From a virus (taxonomy: Duplodnaviria > Caudoviricetes): a DNA stretch of 39,225 bases. The notes under the pieces were generated by a model. It worked only from the letters and a program-made list of their open reading frames with translations, was not told the origin of the DNA and did not search any database. The position numbers and the translations under genes are program-made. Position 1 is the stretch's first letter. The number at the start of each line of letters is the position of its first letter. Below, piece by piece: positions 7,463 to 14,774 of this stretch. The stretch covers positions 1 through 39,225 of IMG/VR virus record IMGVR_UViG_3300020388_000005. One strand, given 5' to 3'.

Positions 7463-8824
7463 TCAATATACTCTTATTCCAGTGCCACGCCCAGCCCGGA
7501 CGTGTAGCGGGTTGTATAGAGCCCAAACCACGTAACCCAAGCTGTCAGTGAGATGGTCGTAGCCCCCCTCCTTATCGGGCTGCTCAGGATTGCGCTCTGA
7601 ATAACCCTGCAGCTCCAAGCACTCAATCATCTTTTCGCACTTGGCAAGGATCTGTAAACGGACTTCGCCTTTGCCGTTCACTAGCAGCGCCTGGAGTGCT
7701 GCCACTCTATCTCTGATTAGTGGGTTACTTTTACCTGCTACGACAGTGAGGTTGGCCATCTGCAACAGCTCGATATCTGTTCTCGCGGCATTAGTGCTGC
7801 GGTTTGCGCCTGATGAGTCAGGGTACACATATACAGGAACTTGTAAGTGAGCTGATTTTTCTTTAATGGCTTTTGCCATTGAGTCGGTGTCATGGGCTTT
7901 CACTTCGTCGATTAGAAGAAATGAATTGCCCAGGCGTACCCCGCACACTGCGTTGCAATTACCAATATTGAAATCGCAACCCCAGTGACGTGGCTCATTG
8001 TCCAAGTTGACCGGGGCCGTCTCAATGACATGCTTCGCTCGGTCAAAACGGTCGTAAACCTGGCCAGTGTTCAGGTTGACGAATACGCCGTTTAGATAGG
8101 ACTGAATGAGTTGCTCTGGGTAATTCTGGAGTAAAGAATCAATGAACCCCTCTGGAAGGAAAGGGTTATCCGTAGTCTTAGCGCGAATTAACGCGGTGTC
8201 ATCACCCGCGTTTTTCTCAAACGTGTCGAACGCCCAGCCGAAGCCTTCTGGAGTAGTGGCTGCATAGAACTGCTGGACATTGCCAGAACGCAGGCGAGCC
8301 AGTGCCATTCGCATGGCTTGGGTAGCAACTGATTTGTTTGCTGTATCAGCTTCGTCGAATCCAACAGCGCAAAGGTTCTGACCTCGAATCCTGTTTGCTG
8401 TCTCCATGGTGCGAAGAAGGATGGTATGTGAGCCCTCTTTGAAATGAATACGGTATTCAGGCAAGGGGCTTACACGAAAGTCAAAAGGAATCTCAAATTT
8501 TGTTAGCAATTCGTCCATTTGACGCATGAGTATATCTCTCAGCATTGGTGCAATGGGTTCAAACAAGGCAGAAACGTGGCCCACGTTTAGGGCCGCCATG
8601 TGAAGGCTTTTGCAAATCAGGCCGTAAGTTTTGCCCGCTCCGAATCCACATACAAGGCCAAGTTTGCGGTGCTCGGTGTCTTCGCAAAAAGCGATTTGAT
8701 GTGGAAGCAACCCCGCTTGCACACGCTGCAAAACTTCTGCGGTGGTCGGCTTGCTGAATCGTTGCAACTCAAGGATTGGAGCAAGCAGCGGTTCACTGCC
8801 TACGACATCATCAGCCAGGCTCAT
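7463..8824 (-). CDS. terL: Terminase large subunit
   Basis: Walker A GFGAGKT, Walker B VGFDEAD, TTPEG motif, nuclease DFN / YPDSSG / DHLTDSLGY. Confidence 0.95.
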   Translation of the reverse strand: MSLADDVVGSEPLLAPILELQRFSKPTTAEVLQRVQAGLLPHQIAFCEDTEHRKLGLVCGFGAGKTYGLICKSLHMAALNVGHVSALFEPIAPMLRDILMRQMDELLTKFEIPFDFRVSPLPEYRIHFKEGSHTILLRTMETANRIRGQNLCAVGFDEADTANKSVATQAMRMALARLRSGNVQQFYAATTPEGFGWAFDTFEKNAGDDTALIRAKTTDNPFLPEGFIDSLLQNYPEQLIQSYLNGVFVNLNTGQVYDRFDRAKHVIETAPVNLDNEPRHWGCDFNIGNCNAVCGVRLGNSFLLIDEVKAHDTDSMAKAIKEKSAHLQVPVYVYPDSSGANRSTNAARTDIELLQMANLTVVAGKSNPLIRDRVAALQALLVNGKGEVRLQILAKCEKMIECLELQGYSERNPEQPDKEGGYDHLTDSLGYVVWALYNPLHVRAGRGTGIRVY

Positions 8825-9144
8825 GACATCTCGAAGCGCAGAAGTCGAGCCTGTAACTCGATGGCCTTTAGTGCTGTGCTGTATTGGCTTTTGTTAGTGG
8901 CCTTGCGCTGGATGTCTTTTAAGGCGCAAAGCGATTCATGAAGCCACTCAGGCCGCTCCAGCTCAGCGTCCAGGCGCTGGTGATCACGAGCACGCTTGAT
9001 GTATTCCTCTAGCTGGCGAGTGCTGAGCCCCCAGGCGTCCGCGCCATATTGCAGGATTTGGGTTCTGCTGTTGCCTTCCAATAAAAGCTTGTAAACGGTA
9101 TTTATCCGCTCATCTACCTGAATATTGGTCGATTTAGCAGTCAT
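8821..9144 (-). CDS. Probable terminase small subunit (HTH)
   Basis: 107 aa, HTH-like WGLSTRQLEEYI, ATGA-coupled to terL. Confidence 0.65.
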   Translation of the reverse strand: MTAKSTNIQVDERINTVYKLLLEGNSRTQILQYGADAWGLSTRQLEEYIKRARDHQRLDAELERPEWLHESLCALKDIQRKATNKSQYSTALKAIELQARLLRFEMS

Positions 9145-9153
9145 ACCCAGACG

Positions 9154-9411
9154 TTAACAGGGCTTGGAAGTTTGGTGAAGTGAATTAAGGGCGACAGAGG
9201 TTATATGAAACGCCTGATCGCGTGAGAGAAAACCTTTGTATTTGCGATGAACGTCGGCAGCGGCCTTGTAAAGCTGCGAGGTGGAGGGCTTGAAATCTGA
9301 ATTGGTCAAGTGGTCAATGACGACGTGAGAAAGCGGTTTTTGATTTTGCTCAGCGATGCGTTTGTAAGCGTCTAGCTGGTCTTGCTTCAGGTTGATTGTG
9401 ACTTTAGCCAT
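9154..9411 (-). CDS. Hypothetical protein, possibly ribbon-helix-helix DNA-binding
   Basis: KVTINL....LDAYKRIA.....LS pattern resembles RHH. Confidence 0.55.
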   Translation of the reverse strand: MAKVTINLKQDQLDAYKRIAEQNQKPLSHVVIDHLTNSDFKPSTSQLYKAAADVHRKYKGFLSRDQAFHITSVALNSLHQTSKPC

Positions 9412-9442
9412 TAGAAGAAATGCAAAGAATGCAGTTAATTTT

Positions 9443-9637
9443 TTACTCAGGAATTTTTACTTGATCCCCTATCCAGTGCAAATATGGGCCAATATCAACC
9501 TCTGGTTGCTGCGCGGTGTACCACCTATAACCGCAGCTCTGGCAATGTCGGCGGCGCACTGTTTCGTACGGGCCATCAACAGTTTTTTTGGTGCATACAA
9601 CTCTAACAAGAAAAGAACCGCATTTTTTACATTTCAC
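9443..9637 (-). CDS. NrdR N-terminal-like zinc-ribbon protein
   Basis: KC..CG...RV..T.......RRRHC..CGYRWYT; likely GTG start at 9637; no ATP-cone. Confidence 0.7.
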   Translation of the reverse strand: MKCKKCGSFLVRVVCTKKTVDGPYETVRRRHCQSCGYRWYTAQQPEVDIGPYLHWIGDQVKIPE

Positions 9638-9827
9638 TCGCAGAAAGCCAAAGAACCCGATCAATTTCTTTCAATTGGCCCGCAATAAACTCATAAGTTG
9701 ACTCAGGTAAAGGCTCAACATCTTCGAAGGTGTTGTCAAGAACTGCACGCGATAAGGCCAAAGATTCGTCTAGCAACATCTGCAAGCGAAAAATGACAGG
9801 CCGTTGCCTGACTGTGTGAGGGTTCAT
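9627..9827 (-). CDS. Hypothetical protein
   Basis: 66 aa, abuts and overlaps neighbours in the same operon. Confidence 0.6.
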   Translation of the reverse strand: MNPHTVRQRPVIFRLQMLLDESLALSRAVLDNTFEDVEPLPESTYEFIAGQLKEIDRVLWLSASEM

Positions 9828-10337
9828 TCAGTTGATTGAAGGTAGGAGCTGCTCAACGTTTTGAAGCTGCTCTTTCACGTCAGCAATGTATGCAGGCAGC
9901 AGTGGCTTGAGTCCTGTGCGGACTTGTTGTCTTAACGAGTTGATATCGCGGGCAGTGGCCTCCCAGTTGATACGACGTTGACGGTGAATGTCGCGGATGA
10001 TGTCTTTATCGACGTTGACGCCTATGGGTTGTTGACGGCCACTTGTGTCAGTCGTGCAAACGCCACTGGAATTACGAAACCCCGCGCGAGTTGTTTGGGC
10101 CTCGTAATCCTGAGCCTCGTAAGCGGCAACGCAATGACAGATGACGGCTAAATCTGAGCCACCATGCCGATGGATGTTGCCGTCGATAATTTCGGCGTCG
10201 TAATCGGGCAAGTAATGGTTCAGGAGCCCATCGCCATTGGTGACGATGCCAGTGTCGTAGCAAGCGAAGCAGGAGACCTTTGGAGCGTAAAAAGTTGCGT
10301 CACGGTCAAGAGACGACCGCTTGTGTGATGAAGTCAT
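9828..10337 (-). CDS. Hypothetical replication-module protein with CxxC...CxC zinc ligands
   Basis: CFACYDTG ... ICHC; directly downstream of the initiator. Confidence 0.65.
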   Translation of the reverse strand: MTSSHKRSSLDRDATFYAPKVSCFACYDTGIVTNGDGLLNHYLPDYDAEIIDGNIHRHGGSDLAVICHCVAAYEAQDYEAQTTRAGFRNSSGVCTTDTSGRQQPIGVNVDKDIIRDIHRQRRINWEATARDINSLRQQVRTGLKPLLPAYIADVKEQLQNVEQLLPSIN

Positions 10338-10352
10338 TGGCCAGGGGTGGGT

Positions 10353-11162
10353 TTAGAAGGGATCGCCTTCCTGAGCCCCAAGATGGGTCAGGGGGCTTGG
10401 TTTAGCTGCGGCTGCTGTGGCAGTTTCCAAGAAGGATTCATAACGGCCATCACGCAGCCAACGGAAACAATCGGGGTAGCAGGTCAGGAACCGGCCCTTT
10501 TGCTCTCCTCTGGCCTGATCCTTCAACGAAGCGGCCAAAGTGCCTTCTAGACGCTCCTGGACGCCACTGGTGAGCTTTTTGTATTCAACCCATGCCTTGG
10601 GCTTTGATTGGCCAGTCGCTCTGTTGCTGATTTTTTGGTACTGCTGCCAAAAGGCCTGGAACTCGTCGCTGTAGGCATTTCGTCCTGGCTTTTGGCCTTT
10701 TGCAGCTTTACTTGTTGTTTGTAGTTCTTTTGTATTTAGTTCTTTTGTATTTAGTTCGGCGGCATCTCCTGCCGGGGGGTCCGGCACCATTTGCCGGGGG
10801 GTGCGGCATTTCCTGCCTAGGGGTGCGGCAGATGCTGCCGGGGGGTCTAAGGACGGTGGGGCGACGTTGGCCAGGTGGTTCACGGTGACCCGATAGAGGT
10901 TTGTGCAGCAGTCGCCTCGGTCGTTTCGACGTGATTCACGTTGAAGGAGTCCCATGGACTCCAGCTGCCCAGCGACAGCCCGAGCAGTGCGGACAGAAAC
11001 ACACGCACCGTCAGCGATGGTTTTGATGGACGGCCAGCAGTCGGCGTTTGCTCCGGCATAGGTCTGGATAACCCAAAGAACTGCGAGCTGATTTGGCTGA
11101 AGGGTTCCGCGAATTGCTGTTGGAAGTGACGTGAAGGGAACGCCTTGCGGGATGAATGACAT
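10353..11162 (-). CDS. Phage replication initiator (N-terminal winged HTH)
   Basis: CWPSIKTIA....SVRT......LE..GLL.R..R......TNLY pattern; F..FW..Y and WL...RYE C-terminal motifs; internal iterons. Confidence 0.8.
   Translation of the reverse strand: MSFIPQGVPFTSLPTAIRGTLQPNQLAVLWVIQTYAGANADCWPSIKTIADGACVSVRTARAVAGQLESMGLLQRESRRNDRGDCCTNLYRVTVNHLANVAPPSLDPPAASAAPLGRKCRTPRQMVPDPPAGDAAELNTKELNTKELQTTSKAAKGQKPGRNAYSDEFQAFWQQYQKISNRATGQSKPKAWVEYKKLTSGVQERLEGTLAASLKDQARGEQKGRFLTCYPDCFRWLRDGRYESFLETATAAAAKPSPLTHLGAQEGDPF
10722..10850. repeat. Putative replication origin: four 22-bp-period iterons plus an AT-rich 15-bp tandem repeat
   Basis: TGCC(G/T)(G/A)GGGGT units start at 10770, 10792, 10814 and 10836; TAGTTCTTTTGTATT x2.4 at 10722-10757. 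Confidence 0.8.
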
Positions 11163-11191
11163 GGATTAGCGTTGGAGGGCATGATTACCAG

Positions 11192-11218
11192 GCGGGGATT
11201 CGAGCACCCCGCTTTTTT
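11192..11218 (+). terminator. Terminator-like hairpin directly before the rusA ATG
   Basis: GCGGGG-ATTCGAGCA-CCCCGC-TTTTTT. Confidence 0.45.
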
Positions 11219-11638
11219 ATGCGTTACGAAATCGAAATTTCAGGAATCGAAGCCGCACCGCAAGGGTCAAAAATTCGCACTCGTTACGGGATGCGTGAAG
11301 CCTCAGAACGTGTCGGGCCTTGGAGAGACGCCGTGAGAGTTGAGGCCTTGGCTGCCTGTGGGGAATTAATTGAGGAAGCCTGCAGCGTTGCCGTTGAGTT
11401 TCGGTTTTTGCGCCCTAAAGGTGATTTTGGGGCCAAAGGCAAGTTGCGTCCATCAGCTCGCACGCATTACACCGCCAAGAAAAACGACATCGACAAAGTT
11501 TGTCGGAGTTTGCTTGATGGGCTCACAGGTTCGGCATTTACCGATGATTGTCTTGTGGTGGTGCTTAGTGCTTGCCAGAGATACTGCCTGCCTGGGGAAC
11601 GTCCAGGAGCAACTGTGACGATTGAAACTCTGGCCTAA
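11219..11638 (+). CDS. rusA: RusA-family Holliday junction resolvase
   Basis: PQGSK, F...RPK, DIDK..R..LDGL and DD..VV motifs; start moved to ATG 11219. Confidence 0.88.
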   Translation: MRYEIEISGIEAAPQGSKIRTRYGMREASERVGPWRDAVRVEALAACGELIEEACSVAVEFRFLRPKGDFGAKGKLRPSARTHYTAKKNDIDKVCRSLLDGLTGSAFTDDCLVVVLSACQRYCLPGERPGATVTIETLA

Positions 11639-11700
11639 TGCCTACCAAACACCTACTAATCGGGCGCATACTTAGCTCAGTTCAGACAACCACCCCGATG
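11614..11700 (+). promoter_or_regulatory. Early promoter cassette copy 1
   Basis: Degenerate TGTG box at 11614, CTACCA-N5-CTACTA at 11642, CATACT at 11667, CAACCACCCCGATG. Confidence 0.7.
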
Positions 11701-11925
11701 TTAAGCCCCACCGCAGTCATCAACTCCGCCATCGTCACCGGTTTGCCTGAAGGCTGGGAACACTCTGAAGCAGCTGCTGGCTTCTTTGGGCCAGACCTTG
11801 CAATGGTCGAGGCCAAAGCGACCCGCAAAGGCTTTGTTTGGGAGGCCACTACCCCTGATCTCGATTACAAAACCTTTGGGCCCACCAAGGTGTTCGCAGC
11901 AATGGCCTGGGCAGAGGCAAACTGA
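11698..11925 (+). CDS. Hypothetical early protein
   Basis: Start moved to ATG 11698 after the cassette; followed by a terminator. Confidence 0.7.
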   Translation: MLSPTAVINSAIVTGLPEGWEHSEAAAGFFGPDLAMVEAKATRKGFVWEATTPDLDYKTFGPTKVFAAMAWAEAN

Positions 11926-11930
11926 GCACA

Positions 11931-11952
11931 AGGGGCTAAGGCCCCTTTTTTT
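11931..11952 (+). terminator. Intrinsic terminator
   Basis: AGGGGC-TAAG-GCCCCT plus T-tract. Confidence 0.85.
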
Positions 11953-12037
11953 GTGCCAACCTAAAAAGCTGCACAATCCCTACCACTTGGCTACCAGCCA
12001 GGCCCATAATTAGCTCAGTTCAGTCAACCACCCCATG
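11952..12037 (+). promoter_or_regulatory. Early promoter cassette copy 2
   Basis: TGTGCCAACCTAAAAAGCTGCACA, CTACCA-N5-CTACCA at 11980, CATAAT at 12005, CAACCACCCCATG. Confidence 0.8.
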
Positions 12038-12274
12038 AACCTCTCCACCTTTTTCGCTGAGAAAGACTTCACCATCAAGACCTACGAAGTCACTAGCCCT
12101 ACGACCGGCGACTCGCACATCATCACCACCGACGTTGTGATTGATCGCATCCTCAGCACTAAGGACCAAGAGCGTCAGCAAATCACCGGCATCCTTCAGC
12201 AACTGGATTTCCGCAACGGCGATTTCCACCACTTCTTTAAGCACCTGGCCACTGGCCTTGCTGCTCAGTTCTGA
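12035..12274 (+). CDS. Hypothetical early protein
   Basis: 79 aa, FFAEKD...LDF.NGD..HFFKHLA; starts at the cassette ATG and ends at a hairpin. Confidence 0.8.
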   Translation: MNLSTFFAEKDFTIKTYEVTSPTTGDSHIITTDVVIDRILSTKDQERQQITGILQQLDFRNGDFHHFFKHLATGLAAQF

Positions 12275-12289
12275 GGCCTTCGGGCCTTT
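12274..12289 (+). terminator. Hairpin / weak terminator
   Basis: AGGCC-TTCG-GGCCT followed by a short T run. Confidence 0.6.
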
Positions 12290-12362
12290 CCGGGGATAAC
12301 AGTGAGGAGTCGCCGAACTTATGGGCGCAGGCTTGTCAACCCCGGCCTATTACCTCTGCTTT

Positions 12363-12716
12363 ATGGAATTAACTAAACCCCAGCTGTCCTACCTGGCCAG
12401 CTTGATTCGTGAAGACCTGGCCAATGGGGTCATGGCTTGGGACACCCCAGAGGGCCAGTCCTTAACCCGCGAAGATATTCGCGAATTGTGCGAGGGCTTA
12501 GAGCCTCCAAAAAAGGAAAGCCTGCATGAAATGCCGCTTGATCGGTTGATGCTGCCACTTCGTGCCCACAACGCTCTTTGGCGGCGTGGTTACAAAAACG
12601 TCGGGGCTGTTATGGCGTTGACCCGTAGAGACTTGCTGTTGATAAGCCACGTTGGCGAGGGCAGCGCGGACGACATCTTGGCCGCTATCGAAAACTTTCA
12701 AGAGGAACTGCAATGA
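12363..12716 (+). CDS. Protein containing an RNA polymerase alpha subunit C-terminal domain-like fold
   Basis: PLDRLMLPLRAHNALWRRGYKNVGAV...TRRDLL.I.HVGEGS..DI matches the alpha-CTD pattern (L.L..R..N.L...I..+.DL.....L.....G.KS..EI). Confidence 0.8.
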   Translation: MELTKPQLSYLASLIREDLANGVMAWDTPEGQSLTREDIRELCEGLEPPKKESLHEMPLDRLMLPLRAHNALWRRGYKNVGAVMALTRRDLLLISHVGEGSADDILAAIENFQEELQ

Positions 12717-13735
12717 GCAAATACCTAAACCCCATGTACGACCACCGCAATAGTGAGGAAAAAATTCAACAACGTTGTTCCTGGCTGCACGACAAGATCA
12801 CCCAGATGGGCCACCACCCAGACAAATATGAAAAATGGCATGAGGAGTTAGAGACTCTTAAGCGGCAGCCGAAGCAAGCCGAGCGGGAGCCAATCGTAAG
12901 GACTGAAAAATTTGCCGTTAGGCCTGCGGCAATCCTTAAGGATGGGGCATCCCTTAGAAGCTGCACAGACTACGAGTTACAGATCCTGCAAAAGTTTGTC
13001 AATGACGAAATCAGCAGACGCGCAACTGCTAGGCACAAAATCAAGATGCAACGTGTGGAAAAGATCCTGCTGAGATTCAAAGAACGGGGATGGCTGCCCG
13101 AGCTTGAAGCATTGTCAGAAGTGCGTCGTGTGATTGTTCAGCAAAAGATTTTTGGCATGGGCAAGAAACGCGCAGCTAAAGACTTAAGCGACCAAGTCAT
13201 CCGGGCTATGTGGCGAGGCGATAAACAGCCATGGGACAAGCATCAAGGCATCGGCGCGATGCCCAGGGGACATTTTGGCTATGAGCCAGGCAAGAAAAGC
13301 AAAACCCACTATTACCTGGATCCAAAACAATTGCTTTGTCATGTCATTAGTCAATGGAAGTATCAAGCCCAAAGGAAGCGACAACAAGCCGAAGCAGTCG
13401 CCGAACGAAAACGGTTCCACGAGGCAAAGTTGAAAGAATGGGAGGAAAAGAATAAAGCCCGATCAGCAGAAGTCGCTAAAGACTGGCATCAGCAGATAAA
13501 TGAGCAGAACAAAAAGTTTCGGCAGGCGCTGGCGAAGCACGAGGAGATAAAAGCGGAGTTATTAGCAAGGAGGGACCGCTTGGTATCCGAAGAAAACAGG
13601 AGCGACAGAATGTATGACGTTGCAATGCAGACTCAGCGGCTGCTGGCAAAGCATGGGATGAACACTATTCCTGTTCCAACTGACGAACCTGCACAATCCC
13701 TACCAAACGCCGACCATAAGGAGCAGAATGAATAG
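12713..13735 (+). CDS. Hypothetical basic coiled-coil protein
   Basis: 340 aa, ATGA-coupled to the alpha-CTD gene; no motif recognised. Confidence 0.75.
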   Translation: MSKYLNPMYDHRNSEEKIQQRCSWLHDKITQMGHHPDKYEKWHEELETLKRQPKQAEREPIVRTEKFAVRPAAILKDGASLRSCTDYELQILQKFVNDEISRRATARHKIKMQRVEKILLRFKERGWLPELEALSEVRRVIVQQKIFGMGKKRAAKDLSDQVIRAMWRGDKQPWDKHQGIGAMPRGHFGYEPGKKSKTHYYLDPKQLLCHVISQWKYQAQRKRQQAEAVAERKRFHEAKLKEWEEKNKARSAEVAKDWHQQINEQNKKFRQALAKHEEIKAELLARRDRLVSEENRSDRMYDVAMQTQRLLAKHGMNTIPVPTDEPAQSLPNADHKEQNE

Positions 13736-13755
13736 GCCCACGCAACCACCCCATG
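13672..13755 (+). promoter_or_regulatory. Early promoter cassette copy 3
   Basis: TGTTCCAAC..GCACAATCCCTACCA-N5-CGACCA, CAGAAT at 13724, CAACCACCCCATG. Confidence 0.7.
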
Positions 13756-13902
13756 GATCTTGGCTCTAACTACTTGAAAGCCCTTGTGGCCCACCAAGAA
13801 GAACTTGACCGCAAGGTACAAGAACAACACCAGCAACTGGTCAAAGACCTTGACCGGTATTTGGCCCAGGAGCGCAAGCGCCTCCTGGAATCTATCGATT
13901 AA
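13753..13902 (+). CDS. 49-aa helical microprotein MDLGSNYLKALVAHQEELDRKVQEQHQQLVKDLDRYLAQERKRLLESID (not in ORF track)
   Basis: Starts at the cassette ATG and stops just before a terminator. Confidence 0.75.
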   Translation: MDLGSNYLKALVAHQEELDRKVQEQHQQLVKDLDRYLAQERKRLLESID

Positions 13903-13907
13903 CCCTA

Positions 13908-13928
13908 GGGGCTACGGCCCCCTTTCTT
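13908..13928 (+). terminator. Intrinsic terminator
   Basis: GGGGC-TACG-GCCCC followed by CTTTCTT. Confidence 0.75.
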
Positions 13929-14012
13929 GTGTCAATCTAAAAAGCTGCACATGGGGTACTAGTCACCTACCAAGGCGGGGTCATACTTACTTCAGTTCCA
14001 ACCACCCCAATG
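13928..14012 (+). promoter_or_regulatory. Early promoter cassette copy 4
   Basis: TGTGTCAATCTAAAAAGCTGCACA, GTACTA-N5-CTACCA at 13956, CATACT at 13982, CAACCACCCCAATG. Confidence 0.8.
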
Positions 14013-14177
14013 AACCTCTGGACCCCCGAACGCTGCAAGACCATTTCCACCTTGGTCTTGATGGACAACTCACTCGAAATGAGTTCTCAGGCAGTCATCA
14101 CAAACAACCCCGCAAGGAAAGACCGCCTGATGTCCATTGTTGAAATGATCCAAGCCGAACTAAGTTCCCGCGTTTGA
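14010..14177 (+). CDS. 55-aa microprotein MNLWTPERCKTISTLVLMDNSLEMSSQAVITNNPARKDRLMSIVEMIQAELSSRV (not in ORF track)
   Basis: Starts at the cassette ATG; followed by a GGCCCC-TTCG-GGGGCC hairpin at 14184-14199. Confidence 0.7.
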   Translation: MNLWTPERCKTISTLVLMDNSLEMSSQAVITNNPARKDRLMSIVEMIQAELSSRV

Positions 14178-14214
14178 TTACCCGGCCCCTTCGGGGGCCT
14201 TCTCCCCTAAACCA

Positions 14215-14415
14215 ATGAAACAATTCCGCTACCAAAGCACCAAGCTTTACAACGACCCCGGCAGTCCCCCGTGGTTTGCTCCAGCGTTCATCACTTTTCT
14301 GTTCATGCTGTTTGGCGGTGCCTTCTTTGTTTCTCTGACCGGCACGCTTGACCAAATGACGGAACGCGACTGTCGCCTGGGCGTGCAGGCCGCCTGCGAA
14401 GAGCTGAAGCGATGA
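14215..14415 (+). CDS. Small membrane protein
   Basis: One hydrophobic segment and a C-terminal DC..G...AC motif. Confidence 0.7.
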   Translation: MKQFRYQSTKLYNDPGSPPWFAPAFITFLFMLFGGAFFVSLTGTLDQMTERDCRLGVQAACEELKR

Positions 14416-14774
14416 GTAATTTTCCTTCTGGTCGTTACTACCTAAAAGGCCCATCTCGCAAATGGGACAACTGGACCTTTAATCACACAGATCTCACTTT
14501 GATCTACGACAACTATTTGGTTTTTGAAATTGACCTTGCGTCAATTAACAGCACCGCTGAAATGGTTGACGAGATTTTCAAGGCGTTTAATCAGTTCAGC
14601 ACCAATCACGGAACAGTTGAGGAGCAGTACTACAGCAAGGTCATTTTTGGCTTGGTTCAGGCTTTTGAACACATTTTTGAGCCTAGCAAAAATTGCTGCG
14701 AAGGCAGTTTTAAAGGCGCAGAACTAGCGCAGGCTTATGCAGATGATGTCCGCTTTCACTACAAACTCAAATAG
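14412..14774 (+). CDS. Hypothetical protein
   Basis: 120 aa, ATGA-coupled, visibly more AT-rich than neighbours. Confidence 0.7.
   Translation: MSNFPSGRYYLKGPSRKWDNWTFNHTDLTLIYDNYLVFEIDLASINSTAEMVDEIFKAFNQFSTNHGTVEEQYYSKVIFGLVQAFEHIFEPSKNCCEGSFKGAELAQAYADDVRFHYKLK

Noticed and set aside
7278-7526. 82-aa minus-strand ORF in the terL-portal gap
   Set aside because: Overlaps terL, has no recognisable motif and ends inside a terminator stem; RNA structure explains the region better, though coding is not formally excluded
11952-11975. TGTG...CACA palindrome as a CRP or NtcA site
   Set aside because: Spacing (N16) does not fit TGTGA-N6-TCACA, and it does not match GTA-N8-TAC
11614-14012. Repeated early elements as a CRISPR array or integron attC sites
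   Set aside because: Copies are degenerate, separated by whole genes and contain promoter features; no cas gene or integron integrase is present
13784-14143. 119-aa plus-strand ORF from the track
   Set aside because: It runs through a terminator and a promoter cassette; two shorter ORFs (13753..13902 and 14010..14177) fit the signals
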